Part shown: positions 1 to 10,935 of the stretch, one piece after another
How the letters are laid out: the number at the start of each line of letters is the position of its first letter
How positions within the stretch are numbered: the first letter of the stretch is position 1
IMG/VR virus record: IMGVR_UViG_3300032167_007731
Direction: 5' to 3' (one strand)
DNA: 49,408 nt
Origin: an uncultured virus (IMG/VR IMGVR_UViG_3300032167_007731)
Taxonomy: Duplodnaviria > Heunggongvirae > Uroviricota > Caudoviricetes
Position numbers and translations under genes: made by a program
Notes under the pieces: model-generated
The model's database searches: none
What the model was told of the DNA's origin: nothing
Seen by the model: only the letters and a program-made list of their open reading frames with translations

Positions 1-3000
1 ACTAAATGCTGTTAATAAACCTGTTTTATAACCTATATGAGTAGCACCACCGCCACTAGCACCATTATGATTAGTACTTCCATATCCTCTTCCACCACCA
101 TTATAACCACCTTCTATAATAGCATTATCATTCAAACCTACCTTACCTTGACCACCAATATTTATATATAATGTGTCAGGACTACTTAAAGTTAATTCAC
201 CTACACTATAACCACCTTTTCCACCATTATAATAAGTATCACCACCTTGAGGACCCCAAGCTTCCAACTTATAACGACCTGCTGGAAGTGTTGTTGAGGT
301 AGAACCATAACCATTTGTAGGATTATAAGTATTACCACCTGTACCATAAGTACGAACTTGACCATCACCACCTACTGGAATTCCACAAGTCAATGTTGTT
401 GCAGTGCCACCACCTGAACTATAACCACAATCTTCTGTATGTGTATGTCCTAATCTTGTAATACGAGCATAACCATTTCCGCTATGACCTGTTTCAGAAG
501 TGCCTGTTGGAGAATTAAAAGTTTGTGAACCTGATTTATTCACTTCATTACTTCCTATATTATATGAAGTTCCACCTTCACCACCAACATTATAATTAGA
601 ACTATTACCAGATACCCCACTTCCAAAATCACCACCAACATAACCACCACCACCACCACCAGGATTTCCACCACCTATTCCACCACCACCAAAACCACCT
701 GAACCACCATATTGTGTAGTGGTTAAAGCGCCATTACCACCATTTATAAATGCTTTAGCAAAAGTGCTGCCATTGAGACTACCACTATTATTACTACCAT
801 CTGCATGAAAACCTGCACCACCTGAACCACCATTTCCTGAACCTGAACCACCTGTTCCTGTACTTCCATCTGGTGTTACAACCGCACCACCTACTTCACC
901 ATCACTATTATTATAACCTGCACCACCACCGCCACCTGCTACTATTAAAGGTGTTGCAGTTGAATATGAATTTCCACTTGCTATATATGTTCCACCACCA
1001 CCACCTGCAGCATACCAATTACCTGTTCCATTTCCAGCAGAACCTTGACCACCTACTAGAACTTGTAAAGTAGTAGAACTATTAAAAGTAAAATTACCTG
1101 ATGAATAAGCACCTTTACCACCTATATTATTAGGTGAAGTTCCACCTTGAGCACCCCAAACTTCTAATTTGTATTGACCTGCTGATAATGTTATATTTTC
1201 TATGCTTCCTTTATAACTAAATTCTTTAACTATTTCTTCTGAATTTTCATCTAATCCACAATTATAACCACCTACACCACCACCACCATAACATTCATCT
1301 GTATGTGTATGGCTTAAAGGTGTAATTCTTGCTAAACCATCTAAACCTACTATATTATTGTTACCACGTTTTCCATTTTCAGTAACTCCATTTTTAACTC
1401 CACCAATATATCCTGAACCACCATTACCAATAGTATTTGAAGTAGTTCCGCAATAACCACCATACCAGCCACCACCACCTGAACCCATATGTGTTCCATT
1501 TACACTCTGTCCTAAACCAAAAGCATATCCAGAAGTTTGTGTTGCTGCAGTAGAATTTCCTGCTTCGCTTAAAGCAATACCACCTGTTGTTCCACCGCCT
1601 GAACCACCTTGAACGCTTGCACTAGAAACACCTACATGTTCTGTACCACCACCACCACCTGCAACTATTAAAACATCTGACCTATAAGAATTTAATGAAC
1701 TTAATAATCCTGTTCTTGTTGCTATATGAGTAGCACCACCACCACCTGCTGAACCATCATTACCATTTGGTGTTAATGTTACATTACCACCACCATTATA
1801 ACCATTATGATATGAAGTATAATTACCTAATTCAGTATAGCCACCTGAACCACCAACTGCAACATATAATGTTGTAGGACTATTTAAATTTATAGTACCA
1901 CTAGAATACCCACCATAACCACCATAAGAAGTATTATTACTATTAGGATAACTATGTCCTCCACCTTGAGCACCCCAGACTTCCAACTTATACTCACCCG
2001 CAGGTAAATTAACTGTTTCTATTTTACCACTATATTTTATCTCTATTGGAGTACCTGGGTCATTTTCTGTCTTACCACATATCAAACTTGCACCACCATA
2101 CAAAAGTTTTGAATTTTGAACTTCTGTAAATCCTTTTGTATTATTATAAGTCCAATCTTCCCAAGTATGTAATAACCCTTCTTTTCCTTCCATAATCTTA
2201 TTATAAACAGTTTCACCTAAATATTTTTTAGCCTCTTCATGAGTCATTTGACCTGTTATAATCTTATTATAGATATCTTCCATTGCTGTGTTTTCACAAG
2301 TAATAATTACCCTACCATTTTCACTATTACCCCTTATTTCTCTTTGCAACAATTCTACAGCACAAGCGCTATTGGCTCCCTTATTACTATCTGTTCTATT
2401 TGCATATAGTAATTTTGTTTTATCTGAAATTGCTGTCAAATCTGCTATACTATTACCATCTACATTATCTGAACTGTTAGGTAAAGGATAAGTTCTTACA
2501 TCAGTAGTATAATTGTTATATCCTGCAATACCACCTACATAGATATACAATACAGTATTTGCTTTTAAGTATGTTCTTACCTTAGAATAACCACTTCTAC
2601 CGCTTGTTGTTGTAGAAGGACCATATGCTTCTATTGTATAGTAATCTGTATAAGGTACAACAAATGTCTGAACACCACCTGTATATCTAAACCATTTTGC
2701 ATCAAAAGTTGCTGTTGTTGTTAAACATTCAGCAGTATGAATATGAACATTGAAATCTGTTTCAGTATTCAATTCACCTGTGCATACTAAATGACCTATT
2801 GGTAATGTTTCACAAGTTGAGCTATAATTTGTAGTTTTGTAACAAGTTTCTGTATGAGTATGTGTTAATCTTGTTATTTTTGCCTGTCCATCACCTGTTT
2901 TTGTGCCATTTGAACCTGAAATTGAAGTTAATAATGAAGTATTTGCATAGCCTGAACCACCACCACCACCTGCGTCATCATCATCATTTCTAGTATAAGA

Positions 3001-5030
3001 TTCATAACTAGCACCACCACCATAGAAACCACCACCACCACCACAAGAGTTTTTACCACCATTACCACCTTGACCAAAACTTCCATTATAATATAACTGA
3101 CCTGCTGCAGAGGTAGTTGCACCATCTCCAGGAGTACCACATCCTGTACCACCTTTACCACCTGAAGCATTAGCACCACCACCTGAACCACCTGTTGTAC
3201 TACTAGCGCCACCACCACCGCCTGCTACAATATACAATTTAGTACTATAATCACTACTATATCCACTTAACTGACTATTTTTCAAACCTATATGAGTAGC
3301 GCCACCACCATAACCATGGTCCCCTGTACCACCACCATTAAAGGTCTTACCTTTACCACCAACTGCTATATATACAGTTGTATTAGATTTTAATGTTACT
3401 TCACCTGTTGCATATCCACCTGAACCACCTGTACCATTTCCTGAACCTTGAGCACCCCATACTTCTAATTTATAACGACCTGCAGGAAGTGTTTCACTAA
3501 CAACAGAACCTTTATAATTATATGTATATACTGTTCCATCACTATCCTCTGGAATAGTACAAGTTAAATCTTTTCTTGTATAAGAAAGATTATGCTTATG
3601 AACAGTAGGTGTTGTATAACAACCATTAGCATAATCAAGACCTGCTGTACCTATATGTCTATGACCTTTTGAAGTAATTACTATATAACCATTTCCTGAA
3701 TTTACATTATGTTTTACTTCATAAGAATCAGTTGAAACATCTGAAGTATATTCAGTTCCATTAACATAAGAAGTACCTATATATCCACCTACGTCAATTG
3801 TTTGACCTGTATAACCACCATGATAACCACCACCACCACCACCACCATCATTTGATGAATGACCTCTTTCACCTGTACCAAGAGTACCACAAGATTTTGC
3901 AGTTGTTTTTCCAGCATTACCTGAAGTTCCTGCACCACCGCCACCACCTGCTACCATTACTCTATTACTTAAAGCAGTGCCACCTATACGAATGTCACTA
4001 GCACCACCACCTGAACCTGAACCGCAACTACAACCACCTGCTTGACCGCCACCATTATAACCACCTGCTGTATTATTACCTGTATTACCTTTTCCACCTA
4101 CATATACATAAACTGTTGTTGTTTTATCTAAGGATAATTCTCCTCTTACATAAGTACCTTTTGAGCCTAATGTTGTACTATAAGAACCACCTTCTGCTCC
4201 ATATAATTCAACAGAATAAATACCTGGTTCTAATGATACAGTTGTATAATTATTTATAAAATCATACCTAACAGGTATTCCTGTTTCTGCTACAAAACCA
4301 TTACCACTATTTGTAGTAATTTTAACATAACCATTACCATTGTTTGAACCTGTTGCACCATTATTTGTAGATACTAAAGTTGCCTTTGAAGTATTCAAAT
4401 AACCTGAACCACCACCACCACCATTAGAGCCATTACCTACACCACCACCATAGTAACCACCGCCACCTGCTGCAACTGAATTATTCCATGTATTAGAGCC
4501 ACCTTGACCAAATGAGCCATTACCATCTGAATAAGTAGAACTTGTGTTCCACAAATTTGTACCACCACCTGTTGTCTTACCTGCACCTGAAGTAGAAGAG
4601 GCATTACCATTAGAATTAAATCCACCACCACCATAGCCATTTCCGCTATACTGGTCTGCTGCACCACCACCACCAACAACAGCTAAAATTTGGGAAGTTT
4701 TACCACTCAATGTTTTCAATTGACCTGATACAAAAGCAATACTTGTTGCACCACCACCTGAACGTTCATTACTATAATTGGTTGAACCACCACCATTATA
4801 TGCAACTGTTCCTGCACCTAATGAATAATTATTACCTGAAGCACCTGCATTCAAATACAAAGTAGTTTTCTGTGTTACAGTATAAGTAAACTTACCATAA
4901 CCACCTGCACCACCTATATAAGAAGTGCTAGAATTTCCACCTGAACCACCTTGCATTTCAATAGTATAAGTCCCTGGTTGTAATTCAACAACTTGTTCTG
5001 TACCTGTATAACCAAATGTTTGAGTCTTGG
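1..5030 (-). repeat. Array of >=7 glycine-rich domain repeats (Gly_rich / ALK-LTK-like) within the giant protein
   Basis: Repeat-start motifs: GTYTIEMQGGSGG (~4940-4975), GIYSVELYGAEGG (~4190-4225), GRYKLEVWGAQGS (~3445-3480), DYYTIEAYGPS (~2620-2650, shortened copy), GEYKLEVWGAQGG (~1960-2000), GQYKLEVWGAQGG (~1141-1180), GRYKLEAWGPQGG (~241-280). Internal GGGATHI, AGGGGG and GGGGGYYGG motifs; closing GNGYARIT-like motifs. Confidence 0.85.
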
Positions 5031-8000
5031 TATAAACTATTTTATCGTCTTTCCATTCACAACCTAATTGATAATTTGCATTTAACGCACCATCACAAGT
5101 AAATAAAGGCTCTTTCAAATAACAATCTTCATCATGAACATGAATTTTATTTGTAGCATGAACTGTTAATCTTTCATAGCAAATAGAACTATGAGTATTT
5201 GTTCCACCTTTTAATATTACTTGTAAATTATCTATTGAGAAATTCGCTTTATAAGCGTCATCCTGACTCCAACCACCTATATTCAAATTACTACCAATAT
5301 CTTTCTTTGTGTAACAAGATGGTTGTTCATCTATCCAATTTTGAGGTGTTTCAACCTTATTTATTTCATTTCTTGTGAATGAAGTTGGTGTTATTGACTT
5401 TTGAGTTCTATTTAATCTTCTAACACCATTAGCATCTGGCTGCCACACATCCTTCAAATCTGATACTGTTAAAGGTACATAAACACCATTTACCACTGCA
5501 TTGCAATCCACTACATTATTAAAACTAAATGTCATTTCTAATGTAATGTTATTAGGTAATTGAGAAGTACCTACATCCATTCTTGCACCTATTTGAGAAT
5601 TATCTAATGGACTCTTTGTTATAAATGAACCTGTTTTACCACTACCATTATTTAATAAGAAACCTAAATTATGGAATGATACAGGCATTAAATTATTAGC
5701 CCAACTATTTACTGTTATATCCATCTTAACAGTAATTCTATTAGTATTTGCATTAGATAAACCAAATTCAGAGAATGGTAAAGACCATCTTGTTCCATTT
5801 GCTCTTAAATAACCACCTGAACCTACTGAACCATTTTTACCTATTGTAAAACCTTCAGGTAAGATATATTCAACACCATTTACTTTATTTGTTGTTATCC
5901 ATCTCTTCAATGTTTCATCATATCTTGTTGCATTTTCCCTTAAACCTATTTCTTTTACAGTTTCTTTTACAGTTCCATCTTCCTGTTTAACCCTTCTGAT
6001 TTCTTTTTCCATATAAGTATCTTCAAAATCAATATCCAATAAAACTGTATCTTTATGAAATTTACAATCCAAAAATCTAAATTCACAAAGTTCAGGGTCT
6101 AAAGGACAAACCTTTAACTTATTAACCAAATCATTCATATTTGGATATTCAAAAGCATTTGTTCTTTGGTCTCTTGATACTTTCATACCATTTATATCTA
6201 AATCAGGTTGATTCATCACCATAGCTTCTTCAGTTGAAACAGGAGTAAATACTACTAATGAATTTACTGTTCCTGTTGAAGAATCTCCTATTGGAGTTTT
6301 AAAATATAATGTAGAATAATCCACACCATTTTTATTACCCCAATATTCCTGATAATAGTCGCCATGAGATACCTGTTGAGGCCAACCAATACTTACATTA
6401 CCACTTGTTGTTACTATATCATAAGTACCTGCCTCTCTATCAAATCTTTCCTTATCAATAGAATAATAACCTAATACTTCTGAATAGAATACTTTAGCAT
6501 TTTCAGGAGTATAAAGTTTATTTGGAGCAGTAGGTAATATTTGAATACCTGTTTGAACTATCTTAAATGAATCATCTTGACCTGTTACTTGTCTCTTTGG
6601 TCTTGTTATTGTCTTAGCAGGGTCTTCATCTAAAATTGTAGTTATAGAATGATTACCTAAAACATTATAAGAACCTTGTTTTGTTCTAGTATTATAATTA
6701 GTCCAATTAGCACCATTATTACCACCAAAATTCTTAAATACTCCTTCTTGTGGATTATAAGGTTTATACTTTTCAGTTGGTTTATTATACTGACCATTAT
6801 AACCACCTACCATTATGAAGTTTGCTGTATGAGTTGATTTTACATCTGTACTATTACAATTCATATCCCCTGTAAACAATGATAATGGGTTATTTAGGAA
6901 TAATTCATTCTCATCTATTTTAACCTTTTGAAAATGCTCTTGTGCCTCTGTTGGTTCTGAAGCCTTTTCATAATAGAAAATACTTTGGTCACCACCAGAA
7001 GTTTGTAATATCAGAAAATCTGATATTACATTTGCAATAACTTTTGTTCTTCTTGCCTTATCAAAGAACTGCCATTCAGCAGTTTGTGTATCTATTTCAT
7101 CAGCTGCGTCATTATACGCAGTTTTCTTTAATTCAGTTGACACACCTGATAAAACTTCTTCTCTAACAACATGATGGTTATAATCTTCTTTATATTTTGT
7201 AATATGTTCATCATTATTACTATATGTTTGAAGTGTATTAGCCTCAAAATTTTGAGTATCAGTAGTTGCACTATATAAGTCACAATCCCAATAACCACTA
7301 TATGCAGAAGTATTTTTACTCATACCAAATCCATCTGGTAATTGATGAACTGTTCTATTTAATATATTTGTATATAAACAACCATCCGCCCACTCATTTA
7401 CATGTCCAGTAGTTAGCATAGGTACAACATTTTCTGTGTCTTTTTTACCAAAATTCGCTGTAGTTGCCATACCATCACAATTCTTACTTCTTGCACCTGC
7501 ATTATAAATAACATCATCATGCTGATTAGGTGCTGCAATCAAATTAGGGTCAAAAGTATATGTACCACCTGTACCATTACCTTGCTCTGTTATTGTAATT
7601 GTTTCAGTAGTTTGACCCTCTGCTAAAGTATATCTCAATCTCCCTGCTCTACTACTTTGAGCTAATTGTCTATTTTGACCACTAAAATATGTTAAAATAT
7701 GACCATCAAATTCATTTAAACCCTTTGTTGAATCATTTACAGTGCTATCATAACCGTCAGGTAAAACTGTTCCATTTTTTGTCTGCTTTTCTGTCATTTG
7801 TGCAATATTCATAAAATATGTAGGATTACCACTAATAACATTAGCAAAAACAGTATCTACACCTGTTAATTCCTGTAAACCATCAACTGAACCCTGGTCT
7901 AACTTAAATAAACGAACCTGTGAAATCTTTGCAAAGTCATAAACTAAACCTTGTCTCCAAGTATCCCATAATTCAGGCATATGATGTCCACAACAAGGAC

Positions 8001-10920
8001 CACAAATTGAATGTTTAGGTATTGTAGAAGTTACAATAATAGTATATGCATGAGCAGTATTACAAGGAGTACCATATACACAATTTGTATTACTATGACT
8101 ATGCTTACTACTAGTACTACTACAAGAACTATGATTACCACCACAAGAACTACCACTTGTACCATTTGTTCCGTGATACACATGGTCATGTGTATCATCA
8201 TCTTCTGGATTTGATGGAGTCCATAACACTTGTCTTAATTTTCCATCACTTGCAGCAGTCCAAACAACATATTCCTGACCTAACTTTTGAGCATACTCTT
8301 TTGCCTGCTCCATAGCTTTATCATAATTAGGATGTTTACCATCTGCAACCGTACAAGATGAAACTAACTTTTTACCACAATCACTACAAGTACCATTTTC
8401 TACTACGGAACATTGGTCAGTTCCAGTCCATTTAGCTACAATAGTATCATCAAAATCACCTGTATGATTTTCATTATTACACTTAATATCTTGGTCATCA
8501 TAAGAACCACCTGTTGGTTGTAATATTGGATGAGTTAAAGGTAATCTATCACCCTGACCTTCAATATCATTATTATACTCACAAATATTTCCATCAAAAT
8601 GAACTGTATAAGTTCTATCTCTACTATGTTCATTCATCCAATATTGCATAACTAAGGCTAATTTGAATTCTGAACCACCAACAGAAAAATAGATTTCTTC
8701 TGAGGAAGGAATACCACCCATTACCTCATACTCTTCATTTAATGGAACATTACTCTTTATTTCTGCAAACTCTTCACCTGAAGAAGAAAACTCCATTCTT
8801 TTTACCATTTGAGTATTCTCCCTCAAATTTTCATCTTTTGAAGGGTCAACAATTTCAGTTGTATCAGTTGAAGTAGGTTTTACAATTACTATATCCTCAG
8901 GTTTACTTAACATATTTGTATATGCTGGTAAATTTATTTCCGCAAAGTCATAATAATCTCTATCAGCACCACCTCTACCTTTTAATACAATATCTTCATA
9001 CTTAAACTCATATGTCTGTTTATCTATTGTTACATCTATATTTATTTCATATTTATAACGATAACTACCACCTGCACCCATATCTCTTGTCAACTTTTCA
9101 CCTATAATTGTAGTATCTCTCAATATAAATGGTTCATTTTGTAATTTAGCAATCATATCATCACCATTTATTACACCATCTAATTGATTCTCTAATTCAG
9201 ACATTTGTTTTCTTGCATCTATAATATTTCCATCTTCCCAACCATTTTTATAAACTGTTCTATATATTTCTGAATCTATTTTTATACCTTCAAAATTAGG
9301 ATTATCCTTTCTTGAGTTCAATGAAGAAATCAAAGAAGAATCACCTTTTATACTAACAGTAATAACAGATGGATTTTCAATGTTTACATCAGGGTCACAA
9401 TCCTTTGGTAATACATCAACTGTACTATCAACGTGATAAGAAACCTCTGGAACAGGATTTACAAAATGATTACCTATAATCATAAAACCAGAAGTACCAC
9501 TACCTTTTGTTCCATCAAATAAAATATGTTCTATTTTACCTGAATAATCTGAAGTACTTGTACCTGTATGTTGCCCATTATATGCACCACCATCCCTAGT
9601 TCTTAAAATTTGATTATCAAAAAATTGTGCTGAATAAGCCCACTGCATAGGTGCATGACTTATTTCACCCATTCTTCCTAAATAATAATCTAAGTATCTT
9701 ACTACTGCACTAGGTCCTCTACCTGCATAATAATCTTTCCAAGATTTTCTATTTAAAGACATATTATACATAGTTGTCAATAATTGTCTTGTATTACCAT
9801 TTGCTGCTGAATTATTAGCTAATATCTGATTATTTGGATTTGTTAATGCCTCATTTTGTTCTGCTAAACCTACAAATTGTAAATAATCAATATCTGCCAA
9901 TATAAAGTTTTTATCATTTTGATATACAAAACCTGAAGCAGTATCAATTATCAAACTAACGGGTTTTGTCTCACTATTTGCATTTAATAAATAATCATTA
10001 ATCGCATCAAAGTAAGTACCACCTACTTTTTCTCTAACTCCTACTTCATCATCAGTAGTATTTATATGCTCCTGATTAAAACTATAATTATAAGTTGAAG
10101 TTATAACACTATATAAACAAGTTAAAAGACCCACATAACCCGCTGATATATCCATTTTTCTATCTGCATCTAATAAAGATGGGTCTTTACTCCAATTGTT
10201 TTCGACATCAAAATTATAATGTGTTGTTTTTCTTTCTATAACATTTGTTAATCTACTATCAACCTGATAACTACCACCTACTTGAGCAAATATATAATTA
10301 AGAACACTCATAGCCTCTGAAGCACTAGGCATATAATCTAACCACTTATTACCTACTGCTAAATCAGATAAACTATTTATATCCCCATTATAATAAGCAT
10401 TCATTACATCCTCTTTAAAAGGATTCTCAGGTACAGAACTACCTGGATTTCCATTTGTTAAATCTATTAATAAACTCCTATAATAACCTGCAAAAAATGA
10501 CAAACCTTGTTCACCTGGTTTATATTGAGCTACCCAACGTCTATGTCCTGAAGGTATTGAATTATAAGTATTAAACCAATTAGCAGTTCTTGGACTAATT
10601 AAATAAATTGTATTACTCTCCAAATCACTATCATTAGGCCATCTAGATTTATAATAACTAACTACTTTATTCCTCTGCTCATCAGTACCATTTAAATATG
10701 TGTTTTCATTTCTTGACAAAACTATTCTAAATTCTACTGAATCTGTCTGTGCTGTACCACCCAAATAGTTTTCATTACCACGAGGTCCATCATTCTGAAC
10801 AGTAGAACCTATCATATTTCCACCATCAGCAAAAGCCGCAGTCATAACTTCTGCGGGCATAACAGTAAATAACATACATATAAACAATAAACTTGCAATA
10901 CTTCTTTTAATAAATCTCAT
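1..10920 (-). CDS. Giant secreted protein (>=3640 aa, 3' end beyond the window) with tandem glycine-rich domains; probable surface adhesin/fibre
   Basis: ATG at 10920 preceded by GGAAGGAGG; N-terminus MRFIKRSIASLLFICMLFTVMPAEVMTAAFA-DG looks like a Sec signal peptide (AFA site). Spot translation at many points is in the same frame down to position 1 (...ASGGGATHIGYKTGLLTAFS). Absence of any ORF-track entry in this frame is what an unterminated ORF would give. I did not check every codon. Confidence 0.9.
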   Translation of the reverse strand, partial: MRFIKRSIASLLFICMLFTVMPAEVMTAAFADGGNMIGSTVQNDGPRGNENYLGGTAQTDSVEFRIVLSRNENTYLNGTDEQRNKVVSYYKSRWPNDSDLESNTIYLISPRTANWFNTYNSIPSGHRRWVAQYKPGEQGLSFFAGYYRSLLIDLTNGNPGSSVPENPFKEDVMNAYYNGDINSLSDLAVGNKWLDYMPSASEAMSVLNYIFAQVGGSYQVDSRLTNVIERKTTHYNFDVENNWSKDPSLLDADRKMDISAGYVGLLTCLYSVITSTYNYSFNQEHINTTDDEVGVREKVGGTYFDAINDYLLNANSETKPVSLIIDTASGFVYQNDKNFILADIDYLQFVGLAEQNEALTNPNNQILANNSAANGNTRQLLTTMYNMSLNRKSWKDYYAGRGPSAVVRYLDYYLGRMGEISHAPMQWAYSAQFFDNQILRTRDGGAYNGQHTGTSTSDYSGKIEHILFDGTKGSGTSGFMIIGNHFVNPVPEVSYHVDSTVDVLPKDCDPDVNIENPSVITVSIKGDSSLISSLNSRKDNPNFEGIKIDSEIYRTVYKNGWEDGNIIDARKQMSELENQLDGVINGDDMIAKLQNEPFILRDTTIIGEKLTRDMGAGGSYRYKYEINIDVTIDKQTYEFKYEDIVLKGRGGADRDYYDFAEINLPAYTNMLSKPEDIVIVKPTSTDTTEIVDPSKDENLRENTQMVKRMEFSSSGEEFAEIKSNVPLNEEYEVMGGIPSSEEIYFSVGGSEFKLALVMQYWMNEHSRDRTYTVHFDGNICEYNNDIEGQGDRLPLTHPILQPTGGSYDDQDIKCNNENHTGDFDDTIVAKWTGTDQCSVVENGTCSDCGKKLVSSCTVADGKHPNYDKAMEQAKEYAQKLGQEYVVWTAASDGKLRQVLWTPSNPEDDDTHDHVYHGTNGTSGSSCGGNHSSCSSTSSKHSHSNTNCVYGTPCNTAHAYTIIVTSTIPKHSICGPCCGHHMPELWDTWRQGLVYDFAKISQVRLFKLDQGSVDGLQELTGVDTVFANVISGNPTYFMNIAQMTEKQTKNGTVLPDGYDSTVNDSTKGLNEFDGHILTYFSGQNRQLAQSSRAGRLRYTLAEGQTTETITITEQGNGTGGTYTFDPNLIAAPNQHDDVIYNAGARSKNCDGMATTANFGKKDTENVVPMLTTGHVNEWADGCLYTNILNRTVHQLPDGFGMSKNTSAYSGYWDCDLYSATTDTQNFEANTLQTYSNNDEHITKYKEDYNHHVVREEVLSGVSTELKKTAYNDAADEIDTQTAEWQFFDKARRTKVIANVISDFLILQTSGGDQSIFYYEKASEPTEAQEHFQKVKIDENELFLNNPLSLFTGDMNCNSTDVKSTHTANFIMVGGYNGQYNKPTEKYKPYNPQEGVFKNFGGNNGANWTNYNTRTKQGSYNVLGNHSITTILDEDPAKTITRPKRQVTGQDDSFKIVQTGIQILPTAPNKLYTPENAKVFYSEVLGYYSIDKERFDREAGTYDIVTTSGNVSIGWPQQVSHGDYYQEYWGNKNGVDYSTLYFKTPIGDSSTGTVNSLVVFTPVSTEEAMVMNQPDLDINGMKVSRDQRTNAFEYPNMNDLVNKLKVCPLDPELCEFRFLDCKFHKDTVLLDIDFEDTYMEKEIRRVKQEDGTVKETVKEIGLRENATRYDETLKRWITTNKVNGVEYILPEGFTIGKNGSVGSGGYLRANGTRWSLPFSEFGLSNANTNRITVKMDITVNSWANNLMPVSFHNLGFLLNNGSGKTGSFITKSPLDNSQIGARMDVGTSQLPNNITLEMTFSFNNVVDCNAVVNGVYVPLTVSDLKDVWQPDANGVRRLNRTQKSITPTSFTRNEINKVETPQNWIDEQPSCYTKKDIGSNLNIGGWSQDDAYKANFSIDNLQVILKGGTNTHSSICYERLTVHATNKIHVHDEDCYLKEPLFTCDGALNANYQLGCEWKDDKIVYTKTQTFGYTGTEQVVELQPGTYTIEMQGGSGGNSSTSYIGGAGGYGKFTYTVTQKTTLYLNAGASGNNYSLGAGTVAYNGGGSTNYSNERSGGGATSIAFVSGQLKTLSGKTSQILAVVGGGGAADQYSGNGYGGGGFNSNGNASSTSGAGKTTGGGTNLWNTSSTYSDGNGSFGQGGSNTWNNSVAAGGGGYYGGGVGNGSNGGGGGSGYLNTSKATLVSTNNGATGSNNGNGYVKITTNSGNGFVAETGIPVRYDFINNYTTVSLEPGIYSVELYGAEGGSYSTTLGSKGTYVRGELSLDKTTTVYVYVGGKGNTGNNTAGGYNGGGQAGGCSCGSGSGGGASDIRIGGTALSNRVMVAGGGGGAGTSGNAGKTTAKSCGTLGTGERGHSSNDGGGGGGGYHGGYTGQTIDVGGYIGTSYVNGTEYTSDVSTDSYEVKHNVNSGNGYIVITSKGHRHIGTAGLDYANGCYTTPTVHKHNLSYTRKDLTCTIPEDSDGTVYTYNYKGSVVSETLPAGRYKLEVWGAQGSGNGTGGSGGYATGEVTLKSNTTVYIAVGGKGKTFNGGGTGDHGYGGGATHIGLKNSQLSGYSSDYSTKLYIVAGGGGGASSTTGGSGGGANASGGKGGTGCGTPGDGATTSAAGQLYYNGSFGQGGNGGKNSCGGGGGFYGGGASYESYTRNDDDDAGGGGGSGYANTSLLTSISGSNGTKTGDGQAKITRLTHTHTETCYKTTNYSSTCETLPIGHLVCTGELNTETDFNVHIHTAECLTTTATFDAKWFRYTGGVQTFVVPYTDYYTIEAYGPSTTTSGRSGYSKVRTYLKANTVLYIYVGGIAGYNNYTTDVRTYPLPNSSDNVDGNSIADLTAISDKTKLLYANRTDSNKGANSACAVELLQREIRGNSENGRVIITCENTAMEDIYNKIITGQMTHEEAKKYLGETVYNKIMEGKEGLLHTWEDWTYNNTKGFTEVQNSKLLYGGASLICGKTENDPGTPIEIKYSGKIETVNLPAGEYKLEVWGAQGGGHSYPNSNNTSYGGYGGYSSGTINLNSPTTLYVAVGGSGGYTELGNYTSYHNGYNGGGNVTLTPNGNDGSAGGGGATHIATRTGLLSSLNSYRSDVLIVAGGGGGTEHVGVSSASVQGGSGGGTTGGIALSEAGNSTAATQTSGYAFGLGQSVNGTHMGSGGGGWYGGYCGTTSNTIGNGGSGYIGGVKNGVTENGKRGNNNIVGLDGLARITPLSHTHTDECYGGGGVGGYNCGLDENSEEIVKEFSYKGSIENITLSAGQYKLEVWGAQGGTSPNNIGGKGAYSSGNFTFNSSTTLQVLVGGQGSAGNGTGNWYAAGGGGGTYIASGNSYSTATPLIVAGGGGGAGYNNSDGEVGGAVVTPDGSTGTGGSGSGNGGSGGAGFHADGSNNSGSLNGSTFAKAFINGGNGALTTTQYGGSGGFGGGGIGGGNPGGGGGGYVGGDFGSGVSGNSSNYNVGGEGGTSYNIGSNEVNKSGSQTFNSPTGTSETGHSGNGYARITRLGHTHTEDCGYSSGGGTATTLTCGIPVGGDGQVRTYGTGGNTYNPTNGYGSTSTTLPAGRYKLEAWGPQGGDTYYNGGKGGYSVGELTLSSPDTLYINIGGQGKVGLNDNAIIEGGYNGGGRGYGSTNHNGASGGGATHIGYKTGLLTAFS

Positions 10921-10935
10921 TTGACTTCCTCCTTC

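Noticed and set aside
1..5030. CRISPR array or DGR template/variable repeat
   Set aside because: Repeats are diverged protein-domain copies with no fixed repeat-spacer period, no adenine-specific mismatch pair seen and no reverse transcriptase in the window.
873..8214. Short tracked ORFs rich in His or Val (873, 2288, 2928, 3798, 4437, 8011)
   Set aside because: Antisense or off-frame shadows of GGT-rich codons in the giant minus-strand gene.
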